From Alphaproteobacteria bacterium (GTDB lineage Bacteria; Pseudomonadota; Alphaproteobacteria; CACIAM-22H2), in assembly GCA_035457725.1 (NCBI GenBank), contig DATIBC010000044.1:6458-70457 (forward strand): a stretch of DNA of 64,000 nt. Direction: 5' to 3'. Below the pieces are notes generated by a model, which was not told the DNA's origin, ran no database searches, and saw only the letters and a list, made by a program, of their open reading frames with translations. Numbering within the stretch: position 1 is the stretch's first letter; the number at the start of each line of letters is the position of its first letter. The translations under genes were made by a program, and so were the position numbers. Positions 42,238 to 52,058 of the stretch are shown piece by piece.

Positions 42238-42680
42238 TTGGGAGGGCGCCGGAGCGTGCGCTTGAGTTCGATCATCGCCAAGCAGGCGCGCGCCGCCTCG
42301 CCACCCTTGTTGCCGACCTCGACGCGCGCGCGCGCCCACGCCTGGTCGTCGTTCTCGACGGTAAGGATGCCGTAACCGATTGCGAGGCCGTGATGCACCG
42401 CAAGGTCCTGCAGTCCTCGCGCGCTCTCGGTGCAGACGTAATCGTAATGCGTCGTTTCGCCGCGAATGACGCAACCTAGCGCGACGTAGCCGTCGAATCC
42501 GCTGTGGCCCGTGTGCGCGAAGCCTATCGCGGCGGGAATCTCGAACGCGCCGGGAACAGCAAACCGCTTCCAGGTCGCCCCGGCGGCGGCGAGCACGCTC
42601 ATCGCGCCGCGAACCAGTTCGTCGGCAATATCCTCGTAGAAGCGCGCCTCGACGATCATCACGTGCGGCGGGGTGTTCAT
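42234..42680 (-). CDS. ribH: 6,7-dimethyl-8-ribityllumazine synthase
   Basis: IVEARFYEDIADELVRGAMSVL...VPGAFEIP...TTHYDYV is the lumazine synthase signature. Confidence 0.9.
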   Translation of the reverse strand: MNTPPHVMIVEARFYEDIADELVRGAMSVLAAAGATWKRFAVPGAFEIPAAIGFAHTGHSGFDGYVALGCVIRGETTHYDYVCTESARGLQDLAVHHGLAIGYGILTVENDDQAWARARVEVGNKGGEAARACLAMIELKRTLRRPPK

Positions 42681-42697
42681 CGTCGCATGCTCGCGGC

Positions 42698-43924
42698 TCA
42701 ATCTTCGGTCATCGGCGGGATCGCCCGCTGCTCGATGAGTCGCAATCCGTAACCCTCCAAGCCGACGATGGTTCGCTTGGTGTTGGAGAGAAGGATCATG
42801 TCCGTGACGCCAAGGTCGAGTAGGATCTGCGCACCGACGCCGTAATCGCGCAGCTCGACGCGGGTCGGCGTCGCCGCGGCGCGCGCGCGCCCGCGCTCCG
42901 ACAGAAAGTCGCCGAGCGCCGCCACCGGCGTCGAGGGATCGACCAAGCGCGACCGGACGCGGTCGGACAAACTAGTGGCGCGCGGCTCGCGAATCAGCAC
43001 GACGACGCCACGGCCGGCCTCGCCGATCATCTTCATCGCCGAGTGCAACACGCTCCCCCGGCCGACCGATCGATCGCCCAGCACGTCATCGAGCACGTTG
43101 AGAGCGTGCATGCGAACTAGAACCGGCTCCGGCGTGGAGATGTCGCCTTTCACCAGCGCAATGTGCTCCGCGTACGCCGCCTTGTTGACGTAGACCAACA
43201 TCCGGAAGTCGCCGCCATACCGGCTGTCGAGAACCGTCTCGATGGTCCGTTCGACCAAACGGTCATGGCGGCGACGGTAGGCGATAAGATCGGTGATCGC
43301 GGCGATTTTCAGGCCGTGGAACTGGGCGAACTTAACGAGGTCCGGCATTCGCGCCATCGTTCCGTCGTCGTTCATGATCTCGCAAATCACTCCGGCCGGC
43401 AGCAACCCGGCCAGTCGCGCGATGTCGATCGCGGCTTCGGTATGACCGGCGCGGACCAGCACGCCGCCGTCGCGGGCCATTAGCGGGAAAACGTGACCAG
43501 GCGTGACGATATCGTTGCGCGCCTTAGTCGGATCGATCGCAACGGCAATGGTGCGCGCGCGATCCGAGGCGGATATGCCGGTCGTCACGCCCTCGCGGGC
43601 TTCGATCGACACCGTGAACGCGGTCTGGTGGCGCGTGTTGTTTTCGCGCCCCATGAGCGGCAGTCCCAACTGCTCGATCCGCTCGCGCGGCAGCGACAAA
43701 CAAACCAGCCCGCGGCCGAACCTGGCCATGAAATTGATCGCCTCGGGAGTCGCCATCTGCGCCGGGATCACGAGGTCACCCTCGTTTTCGCGATCCTCCT
43801 CGTCGACCAGGATGAACATGCGCCCGTTGCGCGCTTCCTCGATGACCTCTTCGATCGACGACAGATACTTGCCAAAGTCGGTGTCGAAACCGGACCCGCT
43901 CTTACGTCGTTCCTGGGCCGCCAT
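42698..43924 (-). CDS. ribB: 3,4-dihydroxy-2-butanone-4-phosphate synthase fused to a GTP-cyclohydrolase-II-like C-terminal domain
   Basis: N-terminal DHBP synthase (ILVDEEDRENEGDLVIPA, RTHTEAAIDIARLAG). The C-terminal domain aligns to RibA, but the three Zn-binding Cys (CxxGHxxxRxxxxCxC) are replaced by NVLDD...RSVGRG. Confidence 0.85.
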   Translation of the reverse strand: MAAQERRKSGSGFDTDFGKYLSSIEEVIEEARNGRMFILVDEEDRENEGDLVIPAQMATPEAINFMARFGRGLVCLSLPRERIEQLGLPLMGRENNTRHQTAFTVSIEAREGVTTGISASDRARTIAVAIDPTKARNDIVTPGHVFPLMARDGGVLVRAGHTEAAIDIARLAGLLPAGVICEIMNDDGTMARMPDLVKFAQFHGLKIAAITDLIAYRRRHDRLVERTIETVLDSRYGGDFRMLVYVNKAAYAEHIALVKGDISTPEPVLVRMHALNVLDDVLGDRSVGRGSVLHSAMKMIGEAGRGVVVLIREPRATSLSDRVRSRLVDPSTPVAALGDFLSERGRARAAATPTRVELRDYGVGAQILLDLGVTDMILLSNTKRTIVGLEGYGLRLIEQRAIPPMTED

Positions 43925-43929
43925 TCGCC

Positions 43930-44541
43930 TCAACTCCCTCGGATAAGACGGGCAACATAGCGCGCAAGCGTGTCCACTTCCAGATTGACGCGACGAGCTG
44001 GCGCAAGCGCGCCGAGCGTCGTCGCGGCCAGCGTGTGAGCGATGACGTTGACGCCGAAAACGGCCGCCCCGTCGCGACGATCGCGCACCTCGTTGACGGT
44101 CAACGACACCCCATCGACGGCGATCGATCCCTTCACGGCGATAAAACGGCCTATCGAAGCGGGGGCCAGAATTTCGAGCCGAATGCTTCCGGCCTCCGGC
44201 TGTCGTGCGACCGTCTCGCCGACGCCGTCGACATGACCGCTGACGATATGCCCGCCAAGTTCGTCGCCCATCTTTAGCGCGCGTTCGAGATTGATCGGCG
44301 TGTCGACCCGCCATTCGCCAAGCGTGGTCCTGGCCAACGTCTCCGCCGACGCTTCGACCGCGAACCACCCGGGCCCGCGCGCGATCACCGTAAGGCACAC
44401 GCCTGCGCAGCAGACCGACGCGCCGTCGGCAAGTTTCGCCGTGTCGTATGCCGTCGCGATCTCGAAGCGGACATCATGACCCTCGCCGGCGCCCGATACC
44501 GAGCGGACCCGGCCGATATCGGTGACGATGCCGGTGAACAT
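43930..44541 (-). CDS. ribE: riboflavin synthase (alpha subunit)
   Basis: MFTGIVTDIGRV... lumazine-binding repeats twice (GASVCCAGVCLTV / GSIAVDGVSLTV). Confidence 0.85.
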   Translation of the reverse strand: MFTGIVTDIGRVRSVSGAGEGHDVRFEIATAYDTAKLADGASVCCAGVCLTVIARGPGWFAVEASAETLARTTLGEWRVDTPINLERALKMGDELGGHIVSGHVDGVGETVARQPEAGSIRLEILAPASIGRFIAVKGSIAVDGVSLTVNEVRDRRDGAAVFGVNVIAHTLAATTLGALAPARRVNLEVDTLARYVARLIRGS

Positions 44542-44543
44542 GG

Positions 44544-45671
44544 TCACTCCGCCCTGACGTAGGTTTCGAGCACGTCATCGCCGCAGAACTCGACCGCGCG
44601 ACGGACGAACGCCGGTGTGTCAGCCAAACGATCGACGCCCAATGCCGCGGCGACCGGCACGCCGTCGCCACCGATCAGCCGCGCCGAGCGAAACCAGGCG
44701 ATACGATCGACCAGCCGCTCGCGCAGCAGCGCCGCCGCGAGCGCCGCGCCACCCTCGACCAGGACGCGAGTCAGCCCGCGCTCGCCGAGGATCCGCAGCA
44801 GCCCCGCCGCATCGAGCCGGTCATCCTTCGCCATTGGCACGTCGATGACCTCGATACCGCATCCGACGAAGGCTTCCCGACGCGCGGCGTCGGCACTCGC
44901 CAGCGCCAACACCCATGTCGGTACGCGTCGCGCAGTACGAACCAGGGTCGACGTCAGCGGCAATCGCAGCCGAGGATCGACCAAAATGCGCACTGGAGAC
45001 GCTGCCGCGAGCCCCGGCAGCCGGCACGTCAATTCCGGGTCGTCGGCGATCGCCGTGCCGACACCGATCATCACGCCGTCATGCTGCGCGCGCAAAAGAT
45101 GCGCGCGAGCGCGCGCCGCTTCGCCGGTTATCCATTGGCTTTCGCCCGAACGCGTCGCGATGCGCCCATCGAGCGTCGTCGCGGTCTTGAGCGTCACCAG
45201 CGGCCGTCCTTCGCCGAGCCGCAGTAGGAATCCGCAGTTCACCTCGCGCGCTTCCTCGGCGCAAAGTCCGACGTCGACTGCGATGCCTGCCGCCCGCAGC
45301 GCGGCGAAACCGGCGCCGGCGACGCGCGGATCGGGGTCCTCCATGGACGCCACGACACGCGCGACGCCCGCGGCGATCAGCGCTTCGCTGCAGGGCGGCG
45401 TGCGGCCGTGATGGCAGCATGGTTCGAGCGTGACGTAAACCGTGGCGCCGCGCGCCGAACTTCCCGCACGCAGCAGCGCCTGAGTCTCGGCGTGAGGTCT
45501 GCCTCCCGGCGACGTCCAACCGCGCCCAACGGCGCGGTCGTTCGCGACAACGACGCATCCCACCGATGGGTTGGGCGATACGCGGCCGAGTCCGCGGCGC
45601 GCCAGCGCCAAGGCCGCGCGCATGTGCGCGATGTCGGCGCGCTCAGTCGTCTTGGTGGTCGCGTTCGCCAC
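44544..45671 (-). CDS. ribD: bifunctional diaminohydroxyphosphoribosylaminopyrimidine deaminase / 5-amino-6-(5-phosphoribosylamino)uracil reductase
   Basis: Deaminase HAE...PCxxC zinc motif ([14 protein letters not shown]) and a C-terminal reductase domain. Confidence 0.85.
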   Translation of the reverse strand: MANATTKTTERADIAHMRAALALARRGLGRVSPNPSVGCVVVANDRAVGRGWTSPGGRPHAETQALLRAGSSARGATVYVTLEPCCHHGRTPPCSEALIAAGVARVVASMEDPDPRVAGAGFAALRAAGIAVDVGLCAEEAREVNCGFLLRLGEGRPLVTLKTATTLDGRIATRSGESQWITGEAARARAHLLRAQHDGVMIGVGTAIADDPELTCRLPGLAAASPVRILVDPRLRLPLTSTLVRTARRVPTWVLALASADAARREAFVGCGIEVIDVPMAKDDRLDAAGLLRILGERGLTRVLVEGGAALAAALLRERLVDRIAWFRSARLIGGDGVPVAAALGVDRLADTPAFVRRAVEFCGDDVLETYVRAE

Positions 45672-46113
45672 TCAACTTGCCGACGAAGTCTTCGAAGTCC
45701 TTCGCTTCGCGGAAATTGCGGTAGACCGAGGCGAAGCGCACATAAGCGACCGGATCGAGCGAGGCCAGCGCGTCCATCACCATCTCGCCGACGACCGTCG
45801 ACGGAATTTCGCTCTCGCCCAGGCTCTCGAGGCGGCGAACGATTCCATTGACGATCCGCTCCACGCGCTCGGAATCGACCGGACGCTTGCGCACGGCGAT
45901 GGCGATCGAACGATGCAGCTTGTCGCGATCGAACGATTCTTTTTGGCCGTTCTTCTTCACCACGACCAACTCGCGAAGTTGGACCCTCTCGAATGTGGTG
46001 AAGCGCGAGCCGCAGGCCGGACAGTATCGTCGACGCCGGATAGCGCTACTGTCCTCGGTCGGGCGCGAATCTTTCACCTGCGTGTCGTCATTGCCACAAA
46101 ACGGACAGCGCAT
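45643..46113 (-). CDS. nrdR: transcriptional repressor NrdR
   Basis: [42 protein letters not shown] zinc ribbon plus ATP-cone. Confidence 0.9.
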   Translation of the reverse strand: MRCPFCGNDDTQVKDSRPTEDSSAIRRRRYCPACGSRFTTFERVQLRELVVVKKNGQKESFDRDKLHRSIAIAVRKRPVDSERVERIVNGIVRRLESLGESEIPSTVVGEMVMDALASLDPVAYVRFASVYRNFREAKDFEDFVGKLSGERDHQDD

Positions 46114-46178
46114 GCCCCCCTGCCTTCTCTTCTTCTATGTCGGGTCGCGGCGTTGTATCGCGCCGTCGCCCGTCGTGG

Positions 46179-47486
46179 TCACAGTCCCGTATAGATCGGG
46201 AAGCGGCGGCACAACGCGCCGACCCGCCCCCGCACTTCGTTTTCGACCCGGCCATTCTCATCGGGCGTCGCGGCAAGGCCGTCGAGAACGTCGCCGATCA
46301 TCTCGCCGACCTCGCGGAACTCGGCGATACCGAACCCGCGCGTCGTTCCAGCCGGGGTGCCGAGCCGCACGCCCGAGGTTACGGTCGGTTTTTCGGGATC
46401 GAACGGAATGCCGTTCTTGTTGCAGGTCAATCCCGCCCGTTCAAGGCTCGCTTCAGCCGCCTTTCCGGTCAGCCGTTTCGGCCGCAAATCGACCAACATT
46501 AGATGCGTATCGGTGCCGCCCGACACGATATCAAGGCCGCGCTGCGTCAGCGTTGCCGCGAGCGCGCGGGCGTTGTCGACCACGGCGCGAGCGTAAGCGC
46601 GAAACGCGGGTGATAGCGCCTCGCCAAAGGCGACCGCCTTGGCGGCGATGACGTGCATCAGTGGCCCGCCCTGAATTCCGGGAAAGACGGCCGAATTGAT
46701 CTTCTTGCCGAGTTCTTCATCGGCCGAGAGGATCATGCCTCCGCGGGGACCCCGCAAGGTCTTGTGCGTGGTGGTCGTCACCACATGGGCATGGGGCAAA
46801 GGCGACGGATGGGCCCCACCCGCGACGAGGCCGGCGAAGTGCGCCATGTCGACCATCAGGTACGCCCCGACTTGATCGGCGATAGCGCGGAAGCGCGCAA
46901 AATCGATCACCCTCGGATACGCGGACCCGCCGGCGATGATCAGCTTGGGACGATGCTCCTTGGCCAGGCGCTCGACCGCGTCATAGTCGATGCGGGCGTC
47001 GTCTCGCCGGACGCCGTATTGCGCCGCCTTGAACCATTTGCCGGAAAGATTTGGCGGCGCACCGTGCGTAAGATGGCCGCCCGCTGCAAGCGACATGCCG
47101 ATGATCGTGTCGCCCGGCTGCAGCAGGGCGAAGAAAACGGCCTGGTTCGCTTGCGCCCCGGAGTGCGGCTGCACGTTGGCGAACGCGCAGTCGAACAGTT
47201 TCTTGGCGCGTTCGATCGCCAACGCCTCGGCCACGTCGACATGCTCGCATCCTCCATAGTAGCGGCGTCCAGGATAGCCTTCGGCGTATTTGTTGGTCAG
47301 CACGGTGCCTTGAGCCTCGAGCACCGCCCGCGAGACGATGTTCTCGGAAGCGATCAGCTCAATTTGCGCCTGCTGCCGCTGCAATTCGGCGCGAACCCCG
47401 CGATAGATCTCGGGATCGGTCTCGGAAAGCAAGGCGGAAAAAAACTGATTCTCCGGAACAGTGACGGCTGTCTTGGCGACGGACAT
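46179..47486 (-). CDS. glyA: serine hydroxymethyltransferase
   Basis: [38 protein letters not shown] and the PLP Lys motif [16 protein letters not shown]. Confidence 0.9.
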   Translation of the reverse strand: MSVAKTAVTVPENQFFSALLSETDPEIYRGVRAELQRQQAQIELIASENIVSRAVLEAQGTVLTNKYAEGYPGRRYYGGCEHVDVAEALAIERAKKLFDCAFANVQPHSGAQANQAVFFALLQPGDTIIGMSLAAGGHLTHGAPPNLSGKWFKAAQYGVRRDDARIDYDAVERLAKEHRPKLIIAGGSAYPRVIDFARFRAIADQVGAYLMVDMAHFAGLVAGGAHPSPLPHAHVVTTTTHKTLRGPRGGMILSADEELGKKINSAVFPGIQGGPLMHVIAAKAVAFGEALSPAFRAYARAVVDNARALAATLTQRGLDIVSGGTDTHLMLVDLRPKRLTGKAAEASLERAGLTCNKNGIPFDPEKPTVTSGVRLGTPAGTTRGFGIAEFREVGEMIGDVLDGLAATPDENGRVENEVRGRVGALCRRFPIYTGL

Positions 47487-47541
47487 GTGTCCTCTACTCC
47501 GTGCAAGTCGCGATTAAGGCCGGCGTCGGCGAAAGCCGGCG

Positions 47542-47976
47542 TCAACCGAGCTTAGCCACGCGACGTTCGTGGCGTCCGCCCGCGAACGGCGTGCTGAGAA
47601 AGGCCTGCAGGCACTCCTTGGCGATGTCTGGCGTCGTTATACGTCCGCCCAACGCCAACACATTAGCGTCGTTGTGTTCGCGGGAGAGCCGCGCGCCGGT
47701 GACGTCATGACAGAGCGCAGCGCGGACCCCCTTGTGCCGGTTGAGCGCGATCGATATGCCGATCCCCGTCCCGCACATGGCGACCCCGCGCTTGACGCGG
47801 CCCTCGCCGATCGCACGGGCCAGCTTGTCGGCGAAATCGGGATAGTCGACACTTTCGGTGGAATTCGTCCCGAGATCGACGATCTCAAACCCGAGGCGTT
47901 TGAGCTCGTCGATCAACTCCTTCTTGAGCGGAAAGCCGGCATGATCGGCGGCGATGGCGATGGCTTCGGCGCTCAT
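47542..47976 (-). CDS. rpiB: ribose-5-phosphate isomerase B
   Basis: IAIAADHAGFPLKKEL...GVAMCGTGIGISIALNR are RpiB/LacAB signatures. Start taken at MSAEAI. Confidence 0.85.
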   Translation of the reverse strand: MSAEAIAIAADHAGFPLKKELIDELKRLGFEIVDLGTNSTESVDYPDFADKLARAIGEGRVKRGVAMCGTGIGISIALNRHKGVRAALCHDVTGARLSREHNDANVLALGGRITTPDIAKECLQAFLSTPFAGGRHERRVAKLG

Positions 47977-48227
47977 GGAAACGGAGTGCGTGGTTCCGGG
48001 CGTTGATGCGAAGGCGCGCGCGGCGGCGCGATCCTCGGACGGTACCATATCTCGAAACCGGCTGCCAATCGGCCACAACCTGTCGGATCAGCGGGCTCTT
48101 GCGCCGGTTGGCTTCTCTGCGGAAGGACTTCGCCGCAGCGTCTCGACCGTGGCGCCGACAACCTTGCGATACGTCTTTGTCTTTGATCGTGGAAGTCGCC
48201 ACGCGGCCAATACTTGGCTTGACCGAA

Positions 48228-48305
48228 TAGCGCCGAAATGTACATTGACAATAAAGATTTTCACCATTAATGAACCTGAATTAATACCCAGAGAAAGGAA
48301 TTAAA
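48228..48305 (+). promoter_or_regulatory. AT-rich upstream region of mucR/ros (candidate promoter and autoregulatory MucR-binding region)
   Basis: gtacattgacaataaagattttcaccattaatgaacctgaattaatacccagagaaaggaattaaaATG. The Ros/MucR family is known to bind AT-rich DNA and to autoregulate. Confidence 0.3.
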
Positions 48306-48767
48306 ATGCCAGATGAGGCAACCCCAAAAGGCAATATCCACGAACTGATACGATTGACCGCTCAAGTTGCCGCGGCTTACGTGGGCAATAATCCGGTGCC
48401 GCAGGCCCAACTTCCCGAAGTCATCAAGCTCATCTATGGCTCGATCGCCGGCCTAGACCATTCGCCCGCGGCTCCAATATCGGGCTTGAGGCCGATGGTG
48501 CCGATCAAGAAATCGGTCACGCCGGAGTACATCGTTTGCCTCGAAGACGGCAAGAAGTTGAAGATGCTGAAGCGCCATTTGCGTACTGCCTACGGGATGA
48601 CGCCCGAGGAATACCGGATGAAGTGGGGCCTAGCGCCGGATTACCCGATGGTAGCGCCGAATTACGCCGAGCAGCGCTCGGTCTTCGCCAAGAAGATCGG
48701 CCTCGGCAAACGGCCTAGCGGTGGCCGCAGGTCGGCGGGCCGTTCGCGCGCCGGCGGGCGCGGCTGA
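48306..48767 (+). CDS. mucR: MucR/Ros family zinc-finger transcriptional regulator
   Basis: CLEDGKKLKMLKRHLRTAYGMTPEEYRMKWGLAPDYPMVAPNYAEQRS is the Ros/MucR C2H2-like zinc-finger core. AT-rich upstream region. Confidence 0.85.
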   Translation: MPDEATPKGNIHELIRLTAQVAAAYVGNNPVPQAQLPEVIKLIYGSIAGLDHSPAAPISGLRPMVPIKKSVTPEYIVCLEDGKKLKMLKRHLRTAYGMTPEEYRMKWGLAPDYPMVAPNYAEQRSVFAKKIGLGKRPSGGRRSAGRSRAGGRG

Positions 48768-48844
48768 GGCGGCGTACAAAAAAACGGCCCGGCGGTCGCC
48801 CGCCGGGCCGGTTCTCTCGCCGCCTGACGACGGCTAGAAGTCGA

Positions 48845-49957
48845 TTACATCTCGGCGTATTTGCCGGCCTTCCAGACGTAGAACACGTACTGGGAGTTCG
48901 AGACATCGCCCTTGTTGTCGTACTTTAGATTGCCGATCACGGTGTTGAACGACTGACCGCGGATCGCCTTCGAGAGTTGGGCAAGATCGAGCGACTTGGT
49001 CTTCTCAACTGCCGCCGCCCACACCTGGATCGCCGCGTAGGTGTAGAGCGTGTAGCCTTCGGGGTCATAGCCCTGCTGCTTGAATTTCCCGACGACCTGC
49101 GCGGCTTCTTTGGCTTTGCGGGGGTCGGGAGCGAACGTCATCAAAGTGCCCTCGCCTGCCGGACCGGTGATCTTCCAGAACTCGTCGGTGACCAACGCGT
49201 CCTCGGAGATCGCCTGGGCGGTGAAGCCCTGTTCGCGCGATTGGCGAACCAACAGGCCGGCTTCAGTGTGATACAGGCCGAGATACATCACCTCGACGCG
49301 CGCGGCCTTCATCTTGCTGATCAGCGCGGAGAAGTCCTTGTCGCCCTGCGTGATCGCCTCGTACATGGCCTCCTTGACGCCCTTGGCGTTCAACGCCTTC
49401 TTCGTCTCGTCGGCGATGCCTTTGCCGTACGTCGATTTGTCGTGGATGATGGCGACGTTCTTGCCCTTGAACTTATCGGCGATGTATGCGCCAGCCACCG
49501 CACCCTGCTGATCATCGCGCCCGCAGGTGCGGAAGACGTTAATCCAGCCCTTGCCGGCTGCACCATCCGTCAGCACAGGGTTGGTCGACGCCGGCGAGAT
49601 CTGCAGGATCTTCGCCTCGGCGTAGACCTCCGAGGCCGGAATCGACGAAGACGAGCAGAAGTGCCCGGCAATGAGCGCCACCTTGCGCCCCGCCATCTGC
49701 GTGGCCACTGCGCGCGCCTGGCGGGGGTCGCACGCGTCATCGCCGATTTCGAGCTTGATCTTGCGGCCGAGCACGCCGCCCTTGGCGTTGAGGTCGTCGA
49801 CCGCCGCTTGGGCGCCGCGGCGCATCTGTTCACCGAAGGCCGCATACTGGCCCGTCATCGGACCGACTGACGCGATAACGATCTCTTGGGCCATGGACGG
49901 CCCGGAAGCGAACATTGTCGCCGCGGCCGCGATCAGGCCCAATCCAATCTTTCGCAT
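48845..49957 (-). CDS. livJ: branched-chain amino acid ABC transporter substrate-binding protein (LivJ/LivK family)
   Basis: Signal peptide then a type-I periplasmic binding fold (IVIASVGPMTGQYAAFGEQMRRGAQAAVDDLNAKGG). Start taken at MRKIGLG. Confidence 0.85.
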   Translation of the reverse strand: MRKIGLGLIAAAATMFASGPSMAQEIVIASVGPMTGQYAAFGEQMRRGAQAAVDDLNAKGGVLGRKIKLEIGDDACDPRQARAVATQMAGRKVALIAGHFCSSSSIPASEVYAEAKILQISPASTNPVLTDGAAGKGWINVFRTCGRDDQQGAVAGAYIADKFKGKNVAIIHDKSTYGKGIADETKKALNAKGVKEAMYEAITQGDKDFSALISKMKAARVEVMYLGLYHTEAGLLVRQSREQGFTAQAISEDALVTDEFWKITGPAGEGTLMTFAPDPRKAKEAAQVVGKFKQQGYDPEGYTLYTYAAIQVWAAAVEKTKSLDLAQLSKAIRGQSFNTVIGNLKYDNKGDVSNSQYVFYVWKAGKYAEM

Positions 49958-50093
49958 ATCTGCTACTCCCTGTTGTTGAGGACGGTGGAATGGCTGCACA
50001 CTCCACGATACGGGCGCGCCGGCCTCCCGCCGGGCCCCGTAAACTGGACCCGATCTTAGGCCGGACCGGTCCGGTCGGCAACAAGACCCGGAC

Positions 50094-50450
50094 TTAGCCC
50101 GTCGCTTGTCGCCGTGGACGCCAGGAAAACAGACCGGATCGTTCGTATAACCATGGATATTGTGTAACCATCTTGTGCGCCCGCGTGGCCAGGTATGCCG
50201 CAGCGCCGATGGCGCACGTCACAACGACGGAGGCGATAAATCCTGATATCGATAAGATCTCGCCCTCGAACAGCGCGAAGCAGAAGAACCGGTTGGCGGC
50301 GGCGAGCAGCAGGCAATAAGGGAATACCTGCCACATTGGCCGCCACGTTCCGGCGAGCGCTTGGCCGGTCATGAAGCTGGCGAATCCGAATATGACGACG
50401 GTCACGCCGATGAACACCGATAGCGAACTGCCCAGCACCTCTTCCACCTC
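50094..50450 (-). CDS. hypothetical small 2-3 TM membrane protein embedded in liv operon
   Basis: Hydrophobic helices (VFIGVTVVIFGFASFM, FPYCLLLAAANRFFCFALF, ISGFIASVVVTCAIGAAAYLA). Start is not resolved; the ORF-track start overlaps livF. Confidence 0.4.
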   Translation of the reverse strand, partial: EVEEVLGSSLSVFIGVTVVIFGFASFMTGQALAGTWRPMWQVFPYCLLLAAANRFFCFALFEGEILSISGFIASVVVTCAIGAAAYLATRAHKMVTQYPWLYERSGLFSWRPRRQATG

Positions 50451-50478
50451 TGCCTCCGCTCCCCGTTCCGCCAGCCAG

Positions 50479-51198
50479 TCAGTGCGTTCGTCCGCCCTCG
50501 AGGTAGGCCGCACGAACCTCGCGGTTGGCCAACAGATCCGCGCCTGTGCCCTCCATCGCGATGCGGCCGTTGACGATGACGTAGGCGCGGTGGGCGAGCT
50601 TCAGCGCATGATAGGCGTTCTGCTCGACCAGCAGCACGGTCATGCGCTCCTGCGCGTTGATCTCGCGGATGGTCTCGAAGATTTGCTTGACCAGCAGCGG
50701 CGCCAGTCCGAGCGACGGTTCGTCGAGCAGCAACAGGCGCGGCCGGCTCATCAGCGCGCGGCCGATGGCCAGCATCTGCTGCTCTCCGCCCGAGAGCGTG
50801 CCGCCGCGCTGGTTTTGCCGCTGCTTCAGGATCGGAAAGAGCGCGAACACCTTCTCCGCGTCGGCGGCGAAATGCGCCGGATCGGACGTTAACGCGCCGA
50901 GCTTCAAATTCTCGATCACCGTCATCCGCGGAAAGATCCGTCTGCCCTCGGGCGCGTGCGCGATTCCCAGTCCGACGATCTCGTGCGTGTCGCGATGCGT
51001 TATATCGGCGCCGTCGAAGGTAATCCTGCCGCGCGCCGCGCGCGGGTTGCCGCAAATCGTCATCAATAATGTCGATTTGCCGGCGCCGTTGGCGCCGATG
51101 AGCGTGACCATCTCACCCTGCCGTACCTCGATGCTGATGCCGCGCAGGGCCTCGATCGGACCGTAAAACGTGTGGATGCCGCTGACGCTCAGCATCAC
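50479..51198 (-). CDS. livF: branched-chain amino acid ABC transporter ATP-binding protein LivF
   Basis: Walker A GANGAGKST, ABC signature LSGGEQQML, Walker B LLLLDEP. Confidence 0.9.
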   Translation of the reverse strand: MMLSVSGIHTFYGPIEALRGISIEVRQGEMVTLIGANGAGKSTLLMTICGNPRAARGRITFDGADITHRDTHEIVGLGIAHAPEGRRIFPRMTVIENLKLGALTSDPAHFAADAEKVFALFPILKQRQNQRGGTLSGGEQQMLAIGRALMSRPRLLLLDEPSLGLAPLLVKQIFETIREINAQERMTVLLVEQNAYHALKLAHRAYVIVNGRIAMEGTGADLLANREVRAAYLEGGRTH

Positions 51199-52058
51199 TG
51201 CTGGCCCCCCGCCGCTCCGGACAGGTCGGCGGCCACTTCGGGCGGCAGCTCCTCGCGCTCGCTTTCGCCGAGGTAGGCGCGGATAACGACGGGGTCGTTG
51301 CGTACGTGCTCGGGCGTCCCGTCGGAGATCTTGCGGCCATAGTCGAGGACGATCACATGGTCGGAAATCTCCATCACCACGCTCATGTCGTGCTCGATCA
51401 GCAGCACGGCGATCCGCTGCTTGTCGCGAATCTCGCGTAGCAACTCGTTGAGCGCCGCCGATTCACGCGGGTTGAGCCCCGCCGCCGGCTCGTCGAGGCA
51501 CAGCATCACCGGCTCGGTGCACATCGCGCGGGCGATCTCGAGCCGGCGCTGATCGCCGTAGGCCAGATTGCCTGCCTCCATGTCGGCCTTGCCGAGCAGC
51601 CCGATGCGATCGAGCCAGTACCGCGCCAGGTCGAGCGCCGACTTCTCCGCGGCGCGGTAACCCGGCAAGGCAAGCAATCCGAAGACCGTGAAGCCGGAGG
51701 CCCGCATCAGCCGATTGTGCTGGGCGATGATCAAGTTCTCGAGAACCGTCATGCGCGGAAATAGGCGGACGTTTTGGAAGGTTCGCGCCACGCCGGCATG
51801 TTGGGCGATGCGGAAACCGTCCATTCGCTCGAGCAGAAAAGTCGCGCCGTTCCGCGACAGCGCCAAGCGTCCGATGGTCGGCTTATAAAAACCGGTGAGA
51901 CAATTGAACATCGTCGTCTTGCCGGCGCCGTTGGGGCCAATGATCGCGGTGATCTCGCGATCCTGGGCGTCGAACGAAACCGCGTCGACGGCGACCAAGC
52001 CGCCGAAACGCATCGTCAGTTGCTCGACTTGGAGGAGCGGCGCAGCGGCGGCGTTCAT
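51195..52058 (-). CDS. livG: branched-chain amino acid ABC transporter ATP-binding protein LivG
   Basis: Walker [10 protein letters not shown] and [15 protein letters not shown] signature. 4-nt overlaps with both neighbours. Confidence 0.9.
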   Translation of the reverse strand: MNAAAAPLLQVEQLTMRFGGLVAVDAVSFDAQDREITAIIGPNGAGKTTMFNCLTGFYKPTIGRLALSRNGATFLLERMDGFRIAQHAGVARTFQNVRLFPRMTVLENLIIAQHNRLMRASGFTVFGLLALPGYRAAEKSALDLARYWLDRIGLLGKADMEAGNLAYGDQRRLEIARAMCTEPVMLCLDEPAAGLNPRESAALNELLREIRDKQRIAVLLIEHDMSVVMEISDHVIVLDYGRKISDGTPEHVRNDPVVIRAYLGESEREELPPEVAADLSGAAGGQQ

